Shown: piece by piece, positions 7,745 to 16,623 of the stretch
Numbering within the stretch: position 1 is the first letter of the stretch
How the letters are laid out: each line of letters opens with the position of its first letter
Origin: Candidatus Lokiarchaeum ossiferum
GTDB taxonomy: Archaea; Asgardarchaeota; Lokiarchaeia; Sigyniarchaeales; Promethearchaeaceae
DNA length: 32,000 nt
Reading direction: 5' to 3'
NCBI GenBank assembly: GCA_025839675.1
Contig: CP104013.1
Span: forward strand, 600,001-632,000
Translations under genes and position numbers: made by a program
Notes under the pieces: model-generated
What the model was told of the DNA's origin: nothing
The model's database searches: none
The model's input: the letters and a program-made list of their open reading frames with translations, nothing else

Positions 7745-9124
7745 ATGACAAATCACGTGGAATTGGAAACTGCCCCATTTCACCTTTTTTATAAGGAACA
7801 ATGGCTCTGTTTTGCAGCATTTTCTCAAATGAGTGAAAAACAAATCAATTTTAAGATCGACGAAATGGACAGTTTCATTGAATCTCTCTTAAATAATGAG
7901 GAAAATTTTAAGGAGATTTCGCCTATTATTATCCCAGAAAATAGGAAAATAATGCCTGAATTTGCAAAACATTTGAAAGCAGAAATAAATTGGCACACAA
8001 TAATTCCAAACTTCAATTACGGGTATAAGGATGAAACTTATAAAATTGTTGGATACTTTCTTATTCGATTGATTCCAGATTCTTTTCAAAAATTAGGTTT
8101 TGATATTAAAGAAATTCGACCAAATCATTTGGAATTCTTAATTAATTTAATTTCGGACAAGTTTCGAGCGGAATATGATGATAAATTCTATTACGATCAA
8201 ACTTCGATCCCTTATTCAATCACAATTTGTTCAAAACATTCAATGTCAGAGAAAAATCTTCAATGGGATGATGAGCAATGCCGAATATATAAAAAAGAGA
8301 TTGGAAAGTGGTCAGATATTTATTCTGGAGATTATTCAGACTATAAAGAATCCTTCTATGATGAATGCATTAGACCCAATCTTTCAAATAGAACGTCAGA
8401 AATGCATATCATTCTGAGGAACTCGGCGTTATTATATTTAGAACCCCATAATTATAATCGTTTTTTTATTAAAGATGAACATACTCCCCATTCAACTGGA
8501 TATTTATACTTTTTTGTATTAAAAACAATATGTAGCTTTCATACCATAAAATTTACCCTTTACAAGATTAGTGAAGAAATAGATAAAGATGCTTTAAATT
8601 TGGTACAAATGGAATACATGGATCAAAAGATTGGAGAAATTAAAAGGAGACTCGATAAGACAGCATATTTGAAAGAATCTTTAGATGTCTTTATCAAACC
8701 TTTTCTTACAGATTCCCTACGAAATAAAGGGAAGCATTATTCAAAGATCCAACGTTGTTGCACCGAAATGTATGCAATTAAAGAAAATATGGAATATATT
8801 CAACGCGGAATCGAGAATAATCTGCAGGCATTAAATTCTATATTTATAGATAAACAAAACTTAGAAAAAGAAATCCAAGATGAAGAAACAGGAGTTCAAA
8901 ACCTTCAAAATTTAACAGTAACCCTAATAAGTCTGTTTTTTGGCACGGATTTATTATTTGAAATGAGTGAACTCTTAGAATTACATGGATGGGGCGTGAT
9001 GGATTACTTGAAGTTAATATTAATGATCCTCATGTTCGGTATCTTTGTGATTTTAATTATTCGATCATTAAAAACTCGTAAAACGGTAAAAATATTAAAA
9101 GCCAAGAAAAAGAGCCAAATTTGA
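7745..9124 (+). CDS. Membrane protein with CorA-like architecture: large cytosolic domain, coiled-coil stalk and C-terminal 2-TM module, GMN motif absent
   Basis: 459-aa ORF. A heptad-like region lies at ~aa 270-385. The C-terminal module NLTVTLISLFFGTDLLFEMSELLELHGWGVMDYLKLILMILMFGIFVILIIRSLKTRK parallels CorA ..[56 protein letters not shown]. At the GMN position it reads TDL. Confidence 0.45.
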   Translation: MTNHVELETAPFHLFYKEQWLCFAAFSQMSEKQINFKIDEMDSFIESLLNNEENFKEISPIIIPENRKIMPEFAKHLKAEINWHTIIPNFNYGYKDETYKIVGYFLIRLIPDSFQKLGFDIKEIRPNHLEFLINLISDKFRAEYDDKFYYDQTSIPYSITICSKHSMSEKNLQWDDEQCRIYKKEIGKWSDIYSGDYSDYKESFYDECIRPNLSNRTSEMHIILRNSALLYLEPHNYNRFFIKDEHTPHSTGYLYFFVLKTICSFHTIKFTLYKISEEIDKDALNLVQMEYMDQKIGEIKRRLDKTAYLKESLDVFIKPFLTDSLRNKGKHYSKIQRCCTEMYAIKENMEYIQRGIENNLQALNSIFIDKQNLEKEIQDEETGVQNLQNLTVTLISLFFGTDLLFEMSELLELHGWGVMDYLKLILMILMFGIFVILIIRSLKTRKTVKILKAKKKSQI

Positions 9125-9134
9125 AATTTGGAAA

Positions 9135-9141
9135 TTTTTTT
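9135..9141 (+). terminator. Oligo-T (T7) candidate terminator after the 7745..9124 gene
   Basis: A T7 run 11 nt after the TGA at 9122-9124. Confidence 0.35.
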
Positions 9142-9144
9142 AGA

Positions 9145-9303
9145 TTATATTGGTTGTAATATAGTCATTTTTTCGAGAAATCTGCCTTCAACAGGTTCAG
9201 CAAGAGAAATGGAATTTGTTATTTTTGATATTGCATCATATTCCAAAATTTTTTCTTCCGATTCCCCATTTTGATAGGTCAGCTTTACAATAAATTTATT
9301 CAT
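9145..9303 (-). CDS. Small conserved hypothetical protein (52 aa), paralog of 7363..7521
   Basis: Absent from the ORF track. Hand translation: MNKFIVKLTYQNGESEEKILEYDAISKITNSISLAEPVEGRFLEKMTILQPI, stop TAA. Same length as the ORF at 7363..7521 and ~52% identical to it. Confidence 0.6.
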   Translation of the reverse strand: MNKFIVKLTYQNGESEEKILEYDAISKITNSISLAEPVEGRFLEKMTILQPI

Positions 9304-9386
9304 GTTTCAAATTTTGACAAATGATGTTAAAAAAGCTAGAATATTAACCTAACAATATTTCCAGTTTCATTAAAAAAGAAGGGAGA

Positions 9387-9944
9387 TTAAATTGCTTCAA
9401 CCATTCTTAGGGCGAATTGTTGGGCTTTTTTTTGATCTGATTCATCAGGATGCGTCCGGAGCTCTTTTTTATAATCTTTCCATTTTTCTTTATCCGTAAT
9501 AATTTTACTATGAATGAAAAGTTCAATTGGAAAAATTGCTGAACCTTGACAATGAAAAGTGCCAATTAAATTGCAATTTTTATCCTTGGCAGTAGTTTCA
9601 AAAGCTGTTTGACAGTTTCCTGCCCATTCATCATAAAGTTTCTTATAGTGCTCACTTACTTCAGGCATTGCGGTAGAATGTGTAAAGAAACCAACCAGAG
9701 GCAAATTTTGGAGATTGGGTAAATTTTGCATGAATTTCAGCATTTTTTTGGCCAACGTGGAATGATGACAAGGAGCACCTAAAAATAAACAATTGTATTC
9801 TGAAATTTTTTCAATCTGGACTTGTTTAATTGAACAAAGATCTACTTCATGGAAATCATTAAGAGCTTCAGACATGTAGGAAGCAATTTTCTGGGTATTT
9901 TTTGATTGAGTATAATATAATATTAGAATTTTCATAGAAATCAC
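9387..9944 (-). CDS. Flavodoxin-like fold protein
   Basis: The N-terminus MKILILYYTQSKNTQKIA is the typical beta1/phosphate-loop start of flavodoxin-like proteins. A second beta-strand/loop, CLFLGAPCHHSTLAKKMLKFM, follows. The start could be ATG 9944 or ATG 9935. Confidence 0.6.
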   Translation of the reverse strand: MISMKILILYYTQSKNTQKIASYMSEALNDFHEVDLCSIKQVQIEKISEYNCLFLGAPCHHSTLAKKMLKFMQNLPNLQNLPLVGFFTHSTAMPEVSEHYKKLYDEWAGNCQTAFETTAKDKNCNLIGTFHCQGSAIFPIELFIHSKIITDKEKWKDYKKELRTHPDESDQKKAQQFALRMVEAI

Positions 9945-10040
9945 AATAAACAGTAAACTAAGTTATTTTTTTCTGAATTAATAAGATGTGGAGGCCAATT
10001 TTTTATCCAAACAAGATGTTAGTAATTGGTGCGATATAAT

Positions 10041-10421
10041 TCAAGTTGAATAGATTTTCAATTTTTCTCGAGTTTCTGAATTATCAAGATAAACCCTCCA
10101 CTCTTGAATCTTCTGATCAACAATGATTGCAGTCCAAATTGCAGGACCATCCAGTACTTTATGTGAACATGTAGAGTATCCTTCAATAATGACTTTATTT
10201 TTCTCTGTATAAAATTTTACAAAATGATTTTTATAGTTTGGATATAAGTGGAAAAATTCCTTCCAGCTAGCTACCATCGATCCCTTCCCTTTATGTATCT
10301 CATTCTCAGAATCAATAAATTGGTGATCTTCAGCCATTAAGGAAGCCAATTTTCTAATATCCCGCCGATTAATAGCATTGTTAAATTCTTTGACAATTAA
10401 AACATTTAGTTCTTCATCCAC
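10041..10421 (-). CDS. NTF2-like / SnoaL-like domain protein
   Basis: 126 aa. VKEFNNAINRRDIRKLASLMAEDHQFIDSENEIHKGKGSMVASWKEFF .. IEGYST .. AIWTAIIVDQKIQEWRVYLD matches the alpha+beta cone pattern of SnoaL/NTF2-family proteins. Confidence 0.65.
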   Translation of the reverse strand: MDEELNVLIVKEFNNAINRRDIRKLASLMAEDHQFIDSENEIHKGKGSMVASWKEFFHLYPNYKNHFVKFYTEKNKVIIEGYSTCSHKVLDGPAIWTAIIVDQKIQEWRVYLDNSETREKLKIYST

Positions 10422-10519
10422 ATATCAAATATGAATCTAAGGAACAAAAAGGGTTATCATTTGGTGGTTAGATCAAAAATAGAAAAGGAATTAAGAAAAA
10501 TAAGAAAAATTAAAAAAAT

Positions 10520-11902
10520 TTAGGCAATTATGGTAATACCACCGGATCCTGTCTCAAAATGGATATTAAACCCAGAAGTACCATCATAACTAAGACTAGT
10601 TAAAATTTCATCAGCATAATTGTATTCGGAAGATTGACTCAGATCAAATTCTACATCTCCACTACCCACATCACATTCCCAGTTAGATGGAACGGTTGTT
10701 GAATTCATATCTAATTGTGTGGTAATTCTTCCACTTCCTGTTTCTATATTCCCAGAAATCAAACCCCCCAACGAATGATGCTGAGTAATATCAAGATTAA
10801 TATTTCCGCTAGACCCGTCAATATTCCAGTAAACATCATTCAGTAGGCTAAGATCTTCAGATATTAGAGAAAAACCTCCCGAGCCGATATTTACATTAAG
10901 ATCTCCCCCAAGAGTTGTATTGATTAAATTGTACCTTACTGATCCATAACCCGTATCAGAATTAAAGGAGCCCATCAGTTGAGAATTAACTGCAACTATG
11001 TCGATACTACCTGAACCGGTATTGAGATTCAATGATTCAGTTAAATTCAACCCATCAATATTAAGATACAAAGAACCGGAACCGGTGCTAATATCTACAG
11101 TATTTTTAACATCAGTGTTATTAATATTTAGTCGAATGTTGCCAGATCCAGCGTTAAGAATTAGATCAGATGAAACTTTTGAGTTTTCATCAAGATATAG
11201 ATCGATGCTACCAGATCCAGTATGGATATCTAAGTTTACAAAACTCACATTTTTAGAAATAGTTGCAATGATGTTTCCAGAACCAGTATCAATATCTAAA
11301 TCATATACAATATCGGTCCGTAATGAGACTGTGATCACGGTTTGATCCCACATTGCCCAATTGAACCAATCTTCCTGATATACATGGAAATATACTAATG
11401 ATTCGGATGTTTCCCAATCAATTGTATATATTTCTTCTAAACTTCGTTCTTCCCCACCACGGTAAGAGAAATCAAAACTGGCATCAATGGACACAAAATC
11501 TTCCACAGGTGAAGAATTAAATTGAAATATCACTTCAGCACTACCAACATCAAAATCAAAGGCGAGATTTGTAGGAATGGTTTCAGATCCATACGCATAG
11601 GTTCGATCTGCTTGAAGATCATATTTATGAGATGAAGCTAAAAACGAGGCACCGCTGGAGACAATTAAAACAATGAGCACAATTGCAACAATTTTTCCCG
11701 CTTTGGATCGACGCACAGGTTTTTGAATAGAAGAATGAACATTTTGTCGTCCGACATCTTGATTAGAAGCATATTTAGGCACTTCTATATAATTCTCAGG
11801 TTGAGAAGGTTGTTGATTTTGACCTTCAATCTGAGAACCGCAATTGGAGCAATATAACGTCCCTTGAGGCACATCAACTCCACATTCTGAACAATAAGTC
11901 AT
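10520..11902 (-). CDS. Zinc-ribbon / single-TM / DUF4097-type beta-helix repeat protein
   Basis: N-terminal CSECG..x11..CSNCG zinc ribbon. TM helix (IVAIVLIVLIVSSGASFLA). About 12 repeats follow with a ~22-aa period centred on (T/A)GSG(S/N)I, as in DUF4097 putative-adhesin repeats. Confidence 0.75.
   Translation of the reverse strand: MTYCSECGVDVPQGTLYCSNCGSQIEGQNQQPSQPENYIEVPKYASNQDVGRQNVHSSIQKPVRRSKAGKIVAIVLIVLIVSSGASFLASSHKYDLQADRTYAYGSETIPTNLAFDFDVGSAEVIFQFNSSPVEDFVSIDASFDFSYRGGEERSLEEIYTIDWETSESLVYFHVYQEDWFNWAMWDQTVITVSLRTDIVYDLDIDTGSGNIIATISKNVSFVNLDIHTGSGSIDLYLDENSKVSSDLILNAGSGNIRLNINNTDVKNTVDISTGSGSLYLNIDGLNLTESLNLNTGSGSIDIVAVNSQLMGSFNSDTGYGSVRYNLINTTLGGDLNVNIGSGGFSLISEDLSLLNDVYWNIDGSSGNINLDITQHHSLGGLISGNIETGSGRITTQLDMNSTTVPSNWECDVGSGDVEFDLSQSSEYNYADEILTSLSYDGTSGFNIHFETGSGGITIIA
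10523..11305 (-). repeat. Coding tandem repeats (~22-aa period, xTGSGxI core) forming the predicted beta-helix of the 10520..11902 product
   Basis: GSG cores at about aa 207, 229, 251, 273, 296, 318, 339, 365, 389, 413 and 451. The antisense ORF 10998..11345 mirrors them as repeated PEPV/PDPV. Confidence 0.7.
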
Positions 11903-12110
11903 AAGTTTTCACAATATAGTTTGTTACTTTATTGAAAGAGATCTTGATTAAAGCCTATCTGGAAACCAATTATTAGCAGTAGAATGAAAACACATTATCT
12001 TCAATTAAATTCTTATATTGAAAGGTTTTGGGAGAATTTTAGTAGGAATTTGGTTAATTATTCTTAAATATCATCTGTATATAGTTTATGCCAATATCTC
12101 TCAAAATGAG

Positions 12111-12118
12111 AAAAAAAA
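12111..12118 (-). terminator. Oligo-T (T8 on the minus strand) candidate terminator after the 12124..13629 gene
   Basis: An A8 run on the plus strand, 6 nt downstream of the stop codon. Confidence 0.4.
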
Positions 12119-12123
12119 GCATT

Positions 12124-13629
12124 TCAGAAATTTGTGTGGAATCTTAATTTCTCTTTCTTGCAAATATATTGAACAATATCTCTCCCATCTTTAGCAGCAG
12201 GTGGTAATCCCCCTCCAATTGTTGTCCATTGACCAATCATATAGAAGTTTTTTAATTTTGGCAATTTCTTTGGAATTTTCTTGCGCAAAGTTTTTGTGTT
12301 TATAAGCCATCCTTCGAAGGAGCCCTTCCAGTTCCCAGTATATCGCACCCAAGTCATCGGTGTAGCGATGTCACTGACATTTACATTTTGGGAAAAATTT
12401 GGAATGATTTCATCTAATATTTTTAATAAATCATTATGTATCTTTTCTTTTTCATATTCATATTCTTCTTTTTTTTCATACATTTCCTCCCAAAATTTGT
12501 ATGATGTTTCAAATCCAACAATCACTACAGCTTTTCCATCTGGAGCCATGGTAGGATCAAAATTATAATGTTTGATATTGATAGAGTTAATGTAGTTAGA
12601 ACCAACTTTCTTTGGTTTAGAAAATTCAAAGTCTGTGGAGTGATCGAAAAAGGAGAGGCCTTGATTAACTCCAAAAGATGCCATGATTAGGGGAGTAAAC
12701 AAGGGAGTTTCATCATAATGCTTTTTAATTTTCTCATCAAGATATTTTCCTTCTAACATTTGAAATATTGTTGAATATCCGTCAGCAGCACTAATAATAT
12801 AATCAGCATACACTTTTTCCCCATTATCAAGTAGAATTCCAATCGCTTTCTTCTTTTTAACTAATATTTTAACGACTTTTAAATTGTATTGAATTTTTCC
12901 TCCCATTTCAAGATAATGAGTAACGATGGATTTTGAAAAAGAATAAGCACCACCTTCTGGCCAGCCGGCATTTTTATAATGTAAATGCCCTAAAGTCATA
13001 AAAGCAGCCACCGCTGGAAAATCGGGTAATGGAAAAATTTTCGGAATCATTTCTTTCAATAATGGATTAGTAAAGCTTTTTGCATATTCTTTAATAGAAA
13101 TCTTGGATAAGCGCCCCATGGATTTGAAAATAGATTTATTCTGACTGATAAACTGCAAATAATCTCTAATGTTCCACATCTTTTGAGGTTTGATGGGTAA
13201 TTCCATGTCTGCGATTTCTAAAGTATCGTAATAGAATGAATCAATGGCTTCATGATCCTCTGGAGCTAAGGTGAGCATATAATCTCGAAATCTATCCGCG
13301 TTGGTATAAACCACGAATTCTTGACCCTTGTTATTAATAATGGTTTTAAAAATATCATGATTTATTATTTTCTTGTTCTTTAAAGCGCCTAACTCATCCC
13401 AAATTTGTTTAAAGGTACCGGCATCATTTCCCGTACCTATCAACCAATGAATACATCCGTCAAACCAAAATCCATCTCTTTGCCACCCTGTACATACACC
13501 TCCAGGCAAGGAGTGCATCTCATATATTTTGGGAGAAAAACCATTCATGGCTGCATAACTGCCAGCAGCTAAACCTGCGATACCTCCCCCGATGATTATT
13601 ATTTTCTTACTCATTTCATCACTCTTCAA
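12124..13629 (-). CDS. FAD-dependent oxidoreductase, phytoene desaturase (CrtI) / amine-oxidase family
   Basis: N-terminal dinucleotide fold KKIIIIGGGIAGLAAGSYAAMNGFSPKIYEMHSLPGGV. C-terminal FAD motif YMIGQWTTIGGGLPPAAKDGRDIV. 501 aa is typical of the family. Confidence 0.8.
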   Translation of the reverse strand: MKSDEMSKKIIIIGGGIAGLAAGSYAAMNGFSPKIYEMHSLPGGVCTGWQRDGFWFDGCIHWLIGTGNDAGTFKQIWDELGALKNKKIINHDIFKTIINNKGQEFVVYTNADRFRDYMLTLAPEDHEAIDSFYYDTLEIADMELPIKPQKMWNIRDYLQFISQNKSIFKSMGRLSKISIKEYAKSFTNPLLKEMIPKIFPLPDFPAVAAFMTLGHLHYKNAGWPEGGAYSFSKSIVTHYLEMGGKIQYNLKVVKILVKKKKAIGILLDNGEKVYADYIISAADGYSTIFQMLEGKYLDEKIKKHYDETPLFTPLIMASFGVNQGLSFFDHSTDFEFSKPKKVGSNYINSINIKHYNFDPTMAPDGKAVVIVGFETSYKFWEEMYEKKEEYEYEKEKIHNDLLKILDEIIPNFSQNVNVSDIATPMTWVRYTGNWKGSFEGWLINTKTLRKKIPKKLPKLKNFYMIGQWTTIGGGLPPAAKDGRDIVQYICKKEKLRFHTNF

Positions 13630-14032
13630 GGAATATTGATATTATCCTATAAATTGGAAAAATGAAGTCGTAATACATTTTTCAAAATGAAATCATTAAT
13701 TCATTATGCTAAGATGATCTTTTCATTTCAAATAAGAAATGTGAAGTCCAACAATTAGCAAAAAAGATGTAATTTTGAACCCAAATTCCAATTTATTTTA
13801 TGGTGAGATATGTATTGGATAACAATTGTAATTCAAATTTAATATAAATATTAAGAATTTTTACAAAAAGTCCATATACTACATTTTTAACAAATTTTGA
13901 CTAATTTCGACTAATTTGAAATTTGGATAATTTTTTTATGAAGGAGATGTTTTCAATTACATTAGGATAGAATTAAAAAAATGCCTTCAAATTTCCAATT
14001 CATGATTTTAAGGCAATAAAATTCAAAATGGA

Positions 14033-14965
14033 TCAATTTAATTTCTTAATGACTACGGAATGAACCTCTTCAAACTCTAAACCTTCTCGATCTTCATAGG
14101 GGTTTTCATCATCTTCATCATCCTCTTCATCATCGTCTTCTTCTTCAATAGTAGGGATTAGAACGCGTTCAAAATAATGTTCATTGTCCTCATCATCATC
14201 ATAATAATTGACTGCAATTACATTTCCCTCATCATCTATTTCCCTATAAATTGGAAGGATTTGAACCGAAAGCAAGTTTGGATTAATAGAAAATTGAAAC
14301 CCTACATTTCCAGCCCATAAATAGAGAATACCACCAATCACAATACTTCTGGTTTTTGAAATTCGTCGTTGTTCACCTTCGGAAACTACTTCAAATTCCC
14401 AAAAATCTTCCAATTCTTGAAAAATAATAATATCGCGAGTAAGATTGGATATTTTTCGTTTCATTTCAGAAAATCTGACACTACCAATCCAATCCCAATC
14501 CCTTCCATCATCAGAAATTTCTCGATAAATTAACCCATCACCATCTCTCGGAATTTTTAAACTGATGCAAACTTGTTCTTCTTCTTCAAAATATTCACAT
14601 AATACCTTGAAAGAAAAGCCATTGATATTTATTTGTTCAACTTTCCAACCATCCCCTGTTTTTTCTAATTCAAAGGAACTCGCAGGAACTTTATGGAAAT
14701 AAAGATATTCCCATTTCTTTTTTCCTTCTTCTTGATAACTAGATTGGACAATTTTTTGATTTTCCAGAAGTTTAGAAATTATTTTACGAATATTTGAAGA
14801 GAATCCATATTCTTGCAACATCTCAATTGAAAAACCCGTATCTGAATGGGTCTTTAAAAAATTTGAAACATTTTCTTCCGTAGTAACAATTTTATCATCT
14901 TTTTTGATAAACTCGATTGGAACACCCTTAATCGCCTTAGTTGTTTTTTTTACCATATTAATCAT
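14033..14965 (-). CDS. Hypothetical protein with a strongly acidic C-terminal region
   Basis: 310-aa ORF. Possible N-terminal winged helix (FSIEMLQEYGFSSNIRKIISKLLENQKIVQ). C-terminal EEEDDDEEDDEDDENPYED. No family recognised. Confidence 0.55.
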   Translation of the reverse strand: MINMVKKTTKAIKGVPIEFIKKDDKIVTTEENVSNFLKTHSDTGFSIEMLQEYGFSSNIRKIISKLLENQKIVQSSYQEEGKKKWEYLYFHKVPASSFELEKTGDGWKVEQININGFSFKVLCEYFEEEEQVCISLKIPRDGDGLIYREISDDGRDWDWIGSVRFSEMKRKISNLTRDIIIFQELEDFWEFEVVSEGEQRRISKTRSIVIGGILYLWAGNVGFQFSINPNLLSVQILPIYREIDDEGNVIAVNYYDDDEDNEHYFERVLIPTIEEEDDDEEDDEDDENPYEDREGLEFEEVHSVVIKKLN

Positions 14966-15132
14966 ATAAAAATGATAGTATATAAATATATGTTACTTAT
15001 TATTGATATCCATAACTTGTTATACTTAATGAACTTCTATTGTTTTTATTTTGTTTTGGTAATGAACTAAATAAAAACATTGAATGGAGAATTTAAGAAA
15101 GGTTTTTTTCTTTCTCTAAATCAGATATATTA

Positions 15133-16362
15133 ATGAAAGGAATGGATTTTACCGAATTAGCGAAAAATAGTCTCAAGCATACTGATGAATTAATCCATGA
15201 ATTTGGCCCACGCTTGGCGGGGACCAAACAATGTCAAAAAGTGGGAGAAAAATTGGGTCAAATTCTTTCAGAATTCTGTGATGAAAGCAGTGTTGAGGAT
15301 ATAGAAATTCATCCAGAATCCTTCAGTTTCTATATCAAATTTTTACCCTTAATGTATGCTGTGGGATCATTATTTTTCTATTTACGATCAAACTGGATAA
15401 TTGTACCTCTTATTGGAATGATTTTTGGTATTTTCATGATGATTTCTATTTTTGGATTCTACAAACATTTCTTTGATCGATTTTTCCCAAAAAAAATAGG
15501 AAAGAACGTGTATGGTTGCATTGAACCCTCTAAAGATGTTCACCAGCAAGTAATACTCTCCGGACATCATGACAGTGCTCGGGAAATTCGAATTTTAGCA
15601 TCGAGATTCCAAAAATTTTATGCTCCAGCAATTTTCATTCCATATTTCTTTTTCTTGTATGCAATCATTATCTTCATAATTGCGATTTCGGGACAATTTA
15701 ACATAGTTTCATCCACTTTTATAACAATTTGCAATATCATTAGTCTACCATTCATGATTGTGTATATTTTCATGCTGAGTAGTAAAGGAACTCCAGGGGC
15801 AGGGGATAATTTAATTGCATCAGTCATGGTAATTGAACTCGGGAAGAAACTAGCCTCTCTCAAACATTCGAATGATCTATATTTGAATCATACACGTGTC
15901 ATTTTAGCAAGTTTTGATGCAGAAGAAGCAGGATTACGAGGTGCCGCGGCCTTTATGGAAACCCATTATAAAAAATGGCAAAAAATCCCCACATATCATC
16001 TTAATTTTGATAGTTTATATAATGTTGATCAATTCCATATCTTGACTCATGATATCAACGGCACAATCCCACTCTCACAAGAGATGGTAGATGATGTTAT
16101 TAAAATTGCTACTAAGCATGGAATTTCTTTCAGCAAATTTAGTATGACCTTTGGAGGAGGAGGCACCGATGCTGCTGAAAGTGCTCGCAAAGGGATCGCC
16201 GCAACAACAATTCTGGCGATGCCAACAGATATTGTCAGAGAAGGATTAGTATATCATACTCGAAATGACACTGTTGATTCAATTGAGTCAGAAGTTATTG
16301 AAGGATGCCTAAATATTGCTTGGGATTTTCTCTGGTTAAAAGAAAAACAAATTGAAAGTTAA
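15133..16362 (+). CDS. M28-family zinc metallopeptidase with two inserted TM hairpins
   Basis: Metal and catalytic motifs in M28 order: VILSGHHDSA (His/Asp), GAGDNLIASV (bridging Asp), FDAEEAGLRGA (Glu-Glu), GGGGTDAAE, YHTRNDT (His). Four hydrophobic helices sit at about aa 66-110 and 163-215, between these motifs. Confidence 0.8.
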   Translation: MKGMDFTELAKNSLKHTDELIHEFGPRLAGTKQCQKVGEKLGQILSEFCDESSVEDIEIHPESFSFYIKFLPLMYAVGSLFFYLRSNWIIVPLIGMIFGIFMMISIFGFYKHFFDRFFPKKIGKNVYGCIEPSKDVHQQVILSGHHDSAREIRILASRFQKFYAPAIFIPYFFFLYAIIIFIIAISGQFNIVSSTFITICNIISLPFMIVYIFMLSSKGTPGAGDNLIASVMVIELGKKLASLKHSNDLYLNHTRVILASFDAEEAGLRGAAAFMETHYKKWQKIPTYHLNFDSLYNVDQFHILTHDINGTIPLSQEMVDDVIKIATKHGISFSKFSMTFGGGGTDAAESARKGIAATTILAMPTDIVREGLVYHTRNDTVDSIESEVIEGCLNIAWDFLWLKEKQIES

Positions 16363-16376
16363 AGTCATATTCACCA

Positions 16377-16383
16377 TTTTTTT
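16377..16383 (+). terminator. Oligo-T (T7) candidate terminator after the M28 peptidase gene
   Basis: A T7 run 15 nt after the TAA at 16360-16362. Confidence 0.35.
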
Positions 16384-16623
16384 ATCTTCCCCTGGGAAAT
16401 GTTATAGAATTTCACGAATTTTAGTCAAGAACTGTTGAATTGAAAACGGTTTTGGTAGAAAAGATTGAGCAAATTAATATCACTCATTTTATTCAAAAAG
16501 GACGATTTATAGCCAGAGATGAAAAACATTTTGAGTTTATAACTTTTTTGAAGATTTATCTCAGCTTCAATCTATTTTATTTATGTATGAACATTATAAT
16601 CATCAAAAACAATTGGAGGCAAG

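Noticed and set aside
10998-11345. A 115-aa plus-strand ORF with a striking PEPV/PDPV periodicity
   Set aside because: It is the antisense shadow of the GSG-repeat (DUF4097-like) coding region on the minus strand. The periodicity simply mirrors those repeats.
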